From Elysia marginata (lineage: Eukaryota), in assembly GCA_019649035.1 (NCBI GenBank), contig BMAT01008528.1, positions 436,114 to 449,942 on the forward strand: a stretch of 13,829 bases of DNA, written 5' to 3'. Numbering within the stretch: position 1 is the first letter of the stretch; the number at the start of each line of letters is the position of its first letter. The translations under genes and the position numbers were made by a program. Of this stretch, positions 9,765 to 13,829 are shown in pieces. The notes beneath the pieces were generated by a model, which had not been told where the DNA came from, made no database searches, and was given only the letters and a program-made list of their open reading frames with translations.

Positions 9765-9971
9765 CTAAAAGATCATAAAATAACAAACAGATTATTCAAA
9801 ATGTGTACCCTAGATGATCAAAACAAAATTTTGAACATTTGATATTTAAATATATAAAGAACTTTTCCTAGGAGTTTATCAGAAATTCAATCAAAATTTT
9901 AGCTTAGGCTGGTACAAACCTTAAAAAAAAAACATTTCTATATGTCCATTAAAACTTTGAAGAGTTTATAC

Positions 9972-10050
9972 CTTTACAACACCAGGATCAATAGACTGTT
10001 CAAAATAAGCCAATTTCCGAATGTCACCAGATCCTGATCCGCCTCCAAGA
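9972..10050 (-). CDS. MVP: Major vault protein exon encoding (S)LGGGSGSGDIRKLAYFEQSIDPGVVK (1 + 78 nt); variable linker region
   Basis: Acceptor ctctttttctctttaaactttgcacacaag|T, donor gtaaag|gtataa. The frame is fixed by phase 2 of the upstream exon and phase 0 of the downstream exon. The alternative frame used by the ORF-track ORF 9974..10210 ends in TAA before the donor. Confidence 0.75.
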
Positions 10051-10345
10051 CTTGTGTGCAAAGTTTAAAGAGAAAAAGAGAAAAAAAACCTCTTTGAACG
10101 ATATGTGTTATACCATTACATATTGTCATAATTGATAAAGTTATGTTTATTGCTATGTCATAATGAAAGTTCAAAATTTCCGGGGTTGTGGCTTTATAAT
10201 AACTTTTCAAATATTACACAATGCCTGATAACATAAAGACAAAATTGAATGAGAAAAAAAATAAGATAAAACTAACCGTAAAGGTCTTTAAGCAGTTTGT
10301 AAGACTTTTATCAATTAAAAACTTGGTGCTTAAGTAGATTGCTAC

Positions 10346-10440
10346 CTGAGTAATTCCTCAGTCTCTTCGCTGAGTTGTTTTACCCATGGTTCCTCATGAG
10401 CTGTCAGTCTGTAGGCACATGGACCCATCACCAGCCGCAC
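10346..10440 (-). CDS. MVP: Major vault protein exon encoding VRLVMGPCAYRLTAHEEPWVKQLSEETEELL (93 + 2 nt)
   Basis: Acceptor ttgttactatttgtag|GTG, donor ctcAG|gtagca. Aligns to human [30 protein letters not shown]. Confidence 0.85.
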
Positions 10441-11299
10441 CTACAAATAGTAACAAAAAAAATTAAATAGAGAAAAACCTCATCATCAAAAGTAAGACAA
10501 CATGTTTCATACAGAATCATTCGTAAAATGTAATTGCCAATGTATAGTCCTCCTGTAAATGATCCCAGTGGCAGTTTTTTTTACTCTAAAAAGTTTCAGT
10601 CTTTTATTATAATTTTTCCTTTTCGTTTTTAAGTCTAATGCATTTCATCGCGTACAACCATGAAAACATTGAAATGGTAGCTGAAAATTAGATATTTATC
10701 GGAGCATAAATATCTCTTCATGTCCCTTATAACATGAAATCGGAAATAAATATTTCTTAGGCTTTTTTTAGAATGGATCTTTCTGACCCCAAATCTTTCA
10801 AATGCAATAACTGAGCTCATAATCCAGATATCAAACAGTTTTGCACTGCCTCAAAGTGTTCAGAAGAGTGTTGAAAAACGGATATATTTCAAAGTTCTGC
10901 AACTATATTTTGTGGGAGTCTTACATATATATTTCAGTAGATTATGATAAGAATTACAGTTTTAAGTCTCTTTCAATATTTAAAATTATTGCACAATGGA
11001 AAAAATGTCATAAGTTGCAGGGAAGCAGGTGCGAATATTAGCAAAGAACGAAGTGTTGTTTTGAGAAGAAGAAGGACATGCATATTCTCCACCCTTCATA
11101 GATTGCAAGTCTTTAAGTATGCTTTTAAAAGCGTTTAACAATGTCTTAATATAATCTTAATCACTTTCACCCTGAAACAAAATTAAATTATGAAGTCAGC
11201 AAGAGAGCATCCACTTTTTAGCAATAACTAACTAACACAGCTACTGGAGGCAATATGATACAGCACATCTTTTTAACTTGAAAAAGTTAAAAAGGTATA

Positions 11300-12335
11300 A
11301 AAATTGTTTTCTGTCATGTTACAACTTTACCTTGCCTTCATCTCAATTCAGAATGATTTCATAAAAATATATTTTATATTTTACATAGCTGCTGCTTTTG
11401 ACAAAATAGATTACAAAATTTTGATTGAGCGTCTTTCAAAAAAAATTGGATTGGCCGGCATTGTACTTGACTGGTTCAGGTCATATCTGAGAAGTCATAC
11501 TCAAAAGTTTTTTTAAACATGAAAGACAATCAAAGGCATTTCCCTTAAATTTTGATGTATCTCAGGGATTGGTTCTAGACCCCATGCTATACATGTTGTA
11601 CACTCAGCCACTGGGGTATGTAATGAGATTAGACAATGCTCAGTTCAAAAAGGTATGCTGATTGCACACAGCTTGATAAAGCTGTGACACCATGCAAAAG
11701 CTATCTAATGGTGAGCACCCTGGAAAAATGTATTATTTACTGAAGCAAAAACCTTAATGATGATAAACAAACCTAAAATGGTTGAGGATAAAATGGAAGT
11801 GCTCCCATGTGACCCTAGCAAAGTCAATGAATCCAATGATCAGAACTACATTTGCTTAGACAGTGAATAAAATCCCTTTTAGAACTAAAGCAAAAAATTT
11901 GGGGTATATTTTTATGAAATCTCTCAATGGAAGACCATGTCCATCATGTCTGTAACATTCTCTTTTGTGAGCTCTTGAGAATAGGGCAGATGTGTAGGTT
12001 CTTAAATATTGCTCCCTTGAAAACGTTAATCTCTTTATGTTGGTTTGCCAGACAGGGTAATAAGTGAACTGCAATGATTTCAAAACTATGCTGCCAGGCT
12101 AATGTTAAAAAGAAAAACAGTGATTATATTACTTTTATGCAAAACTCTATAACAATGGCCGGACGCTGTCAACGTCCGGTGCACCATTTTATATCCACGG
12201 TTGGACACTGCAAGCATCCGATGATAACTAAGAAAGGCCACTAGAGCCATAATGCAATTTGGGACTAGGCCGTGTATACTCGATCTGCATTGTTATTATT
12301 ATTTTTGTCGTAATTATTATTATATGTTGCTCTTG
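11300..12335 (+). mobile_element. 5'-truncated, frameshifted non-LTR retrotransposon (CR1/L2-like LINE) ORF2 fragment, antisense to MVP inside the intron between exons 12395-12455 and 10346-10440
   Basis: Plus-strand translation with frameshifts gives RT motifs ...YIAAAFDKIDYKILIERLSKKIGLAGIVLDWFRSYLRSHTQ (domain A region), VSQGLVLDPMLYMLY (GVPQGSVLGPLLF-like) and YADCTQLD (YADD box). Further 3' it gives DKMEVL (KTEVL-like), SDYITF.. / ..TLSTSGAPFYI (resembling the hitP...G.AP.YL C-terminal motif of CR1/L2 ORF2), and then a (TTA)n-like tail at 12292-12330. The 5' boundary is uncertain and may start nearer 11230. Confidence 0.65.
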
Positions 12336-12394
12336 CTTTTAAGTAGTGAGTCTCATAATCTGATGGTAAAGAGTAAAATCTTAAAATTTACTAC

Positions 12395-12455
12395 CTTGCC
12401 AGTTTGCATGTTCTGCACATAGATGCCATCATTCTTATTCAATGGAATTGTTGAT
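12395..12455 (-). CDS. MVP: Major vault protein exon encoding (R)STIPLNKNDGIYVQNMQTGK (1 + 60 nt)
   Basis: Acceptor tctcttttgcag|A, donor ggcaag|gtagta. Aligns to human [21 protein letters not shown]. Phase is consistent with the upstream exon (ag+a = Arg). Confidence 0.85.
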
Positions 12456-12915
12456 CTGCAAAAGAGAATAATCACATAAGTTTATATACAATGTCTGTGC
12501 CAAAGAACAAGGTTGACAGATATTACAGTACAGCTGCAGTTAAAGAAAAATATTAAATCTAGAAAATAAAACTAAGATCAAAGCCAGCACCTTTGAAAAA
12601 TTGGTGAAATAATTTCCTCCTAAATGTCAAATTGACACCTTTTCTAGTTGCCTTGAATAATGATAGATATTCTGCAAAACTATTTGTTTGGGCGATTAAC
12701 TTTGAATCTCAAGATACAGGGATGAAAGAGAATAGCTTCACCTGGAAAAGCAGTTCAGTTGTCAAACGGTAAAGTAACACCGACATAACCATGAAGAACT
12801 TCAAAATTTGATCAAGTCTTCTCAGCAGCAAGTATTTCATACCAGATTTGCACAGTGTTTTCATCAAAACAAGAATATTACTTTTAATGATTTAAGGAAT
12901 AAAAGTTATGTTCAC

Positions 12916-13006
12916 CTTTGTTTAATGATTTCCACTTCAACAGGTGGTATGTAGTTGCATGGCCCATTGATCAGCCACTGGTCTCCAGTTTTTCTCTTTA
13001 TCTTCT
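12916..13006 (-). CDS. MVP: Major vault protein exon, the most 5' one recognisable in the window; encodes (E)KIKRKTGDQWLINGPCNYIPPVEVEIIKQ and ends in phase 2 ('ag' carried forward)
   Basis: Minus-strand translation aligns to human MVP ...[34 protein letters not shown]. Donor caaAG|gtgaac at 12915/12914. The acceptor is uncertain: AG at 13008-13007 after a polypyrimidine tract tttttttccatatcatctgctgtcacttg, with an alternative AG 2 nt downstream. The reading frame upstream of 13010 is nonsense with stops. Confidence 0.6.
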
Positions 13007-13829
13007 CTTTCAAGTGACAGCAGATGATATGGAAAAAAATCACACACACTATCGTTAAAAAAAAATATAGGCCTAGCTCAGAATAATGTTTGAAATACTG
13101 TGTTGCAATGGATGAGTGCCATTTAGGTTTTAGCTTTATGAATATTAACTTTTAGAACCACTAATCTGGCCATGAGTATTTAAATATAGAGTAGAGCTTT
13201 TTTCACATAAGTCATTTGTAAGAAATTTGATAAAATTAAAAAAAAAACATTTGAAAAGGCTCAACCACATTAGGTAGATGGATGACACTTGCTTCAGGCT
13301 CAGACCTTTAACGGGTGAGCTTTAATTTTAAATAAGGCTTGTATGTTCAAAGCAAAATAGTAACTTAAAAATTAACAAAACTGCTTCTTAAAATTGATGT
13401 ACAGTTACTCTGAATCTGATGTTTTTACAAAACTAAGTGAATGGGCCTGGCCTCTATTGCACAAAAAAACACCAACATTTCAGTAACTTTTTTAAAAGTT
13501 CAGATGAAACTTCTGCTAGATGTAAAAAATGCAAGTTCTTCGATTATTAATTACATTTGTTTGGGTCCCATAAAATGAGTCTTCATAGAGAATTTTGTGA
13601 AATGGAGTTACATACAACTTTGGAAATACGTTTCAAATCTCTCTAAGATGGTGAGAATATTGTTTTGATATCTCACTTAGGTCCTGACTTATTGAACACA
13701 AAAGACATGGAATCCAAGTGGCCTATTTGAAAAAAATGGAGAAATTGGACTTCAAGTTTTCATAACTATTGTAAAAGCCAAAAGGGCAATACCCTATTCT
13801 AACAATCTTTAAAAAAAAACTTTTTACAT

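Noticed and set aside
9974-10210. ORF-track ORF (78 aa, minus strand) overlapping the MVP exon at 9972-10050
   Set aside because: It reads the exon in the wrong frame (…LEADQDLVTFGNWLILNSLLILVL*). It hits TAA before the gtataa donor and continues upstream into AT-rich intron. The frame fixed by the flanking exon phases gives LGGGSGSGDIRKLAYFEQSIDPGVVK instead.
12159-12185. GC-rich perfect hairpin ccggacg/ctgtcaa/cgtccgg as an independent structured RNA or tRNA-derived SINE
   Set aside because: It lies inside the 3' region of the LINE ORF2 remnant, within the ...TLSTSGAPFYI coding region, and lacks A/B boxes. It is best explained as part of the retrotransposon.
13230-13829. Search for a further upstream MVP exon (expected sequence ...LSEQQGLLLRALQPLEEGEDE)
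   Set aside because: Minus-strand frames here (for example KLEVQFLHFFQIGHLDSMSFVFNKSGPK*) show only chance-level resemblance and have no convincing splice sites. The next exon is either divergent or lies beyond the window.
1-13829. Possibility of a novel prokaryotic-style system (defence island, operon, CRISPR)
   Set aside because: The window is eukaryotic: GT-AG introns, a spliced MVP gene, a LINE and a MITE. There are no long uninterrupted ORFs, operon structure, RBS patterns or CRISPR-like direct repeats.

Overview
This window is eukaryotic, not prokaryotic: it is AT-rich and carries short exons with GT-AG introns. Its main content is the 3' half of a major vault protein (MVP) gene on the minus strand. 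I reconstructed 15 coding exons by hand-translating the minus strand and aligning to the MVP sequence I know (shoulder domain, cap-helix coiled coil, cap-ring). Together they give about 503 codons, running from about 13006 down to a TAA stop at 1825-1827. All intron phases are mutually consistent along the chain, and a candidate AATAAA polyadenylation signal lies about 70 nt downstream of the stop. The N-terminal half of the gene must lie beyond the 3' end of the window (above 13829).

Other content:
- A 5'-truncated CR1/L2-like non-LTR retrotransposon fragment lies antisense in one MVP intron (about 11300-12335, plus strand). It has RT motifs FDKIDYKIL, SQGLVLDP and YADCTQL, a C-terminal ...GAPFYI motif and a (TTA)n-like tail.
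- A roughly 250-bp MITE-like element with an 18-bp perfect TIR core sits in the 3' flank (1296-1542).
- One intron holds a GC-rich island whose translation resembles the neighbouring real exon (7841-7960), possibly a decayed exon duplicate.
- Smaller features: a GC-rich imperfect palindrome in the last intron, a G-quadruplex motif beside a (TTG)6 microsatellite, and a 41-bp tandem duplication.

I see no evidence of a novel prokaryote-style system. Most ORF-track ORFs are intron read-through or low-complexity artefacts. Nothing here was checked against a database; all homology statements rest on alignment by eye to remembered MVP and LINE reverse-transcriptase sequences.
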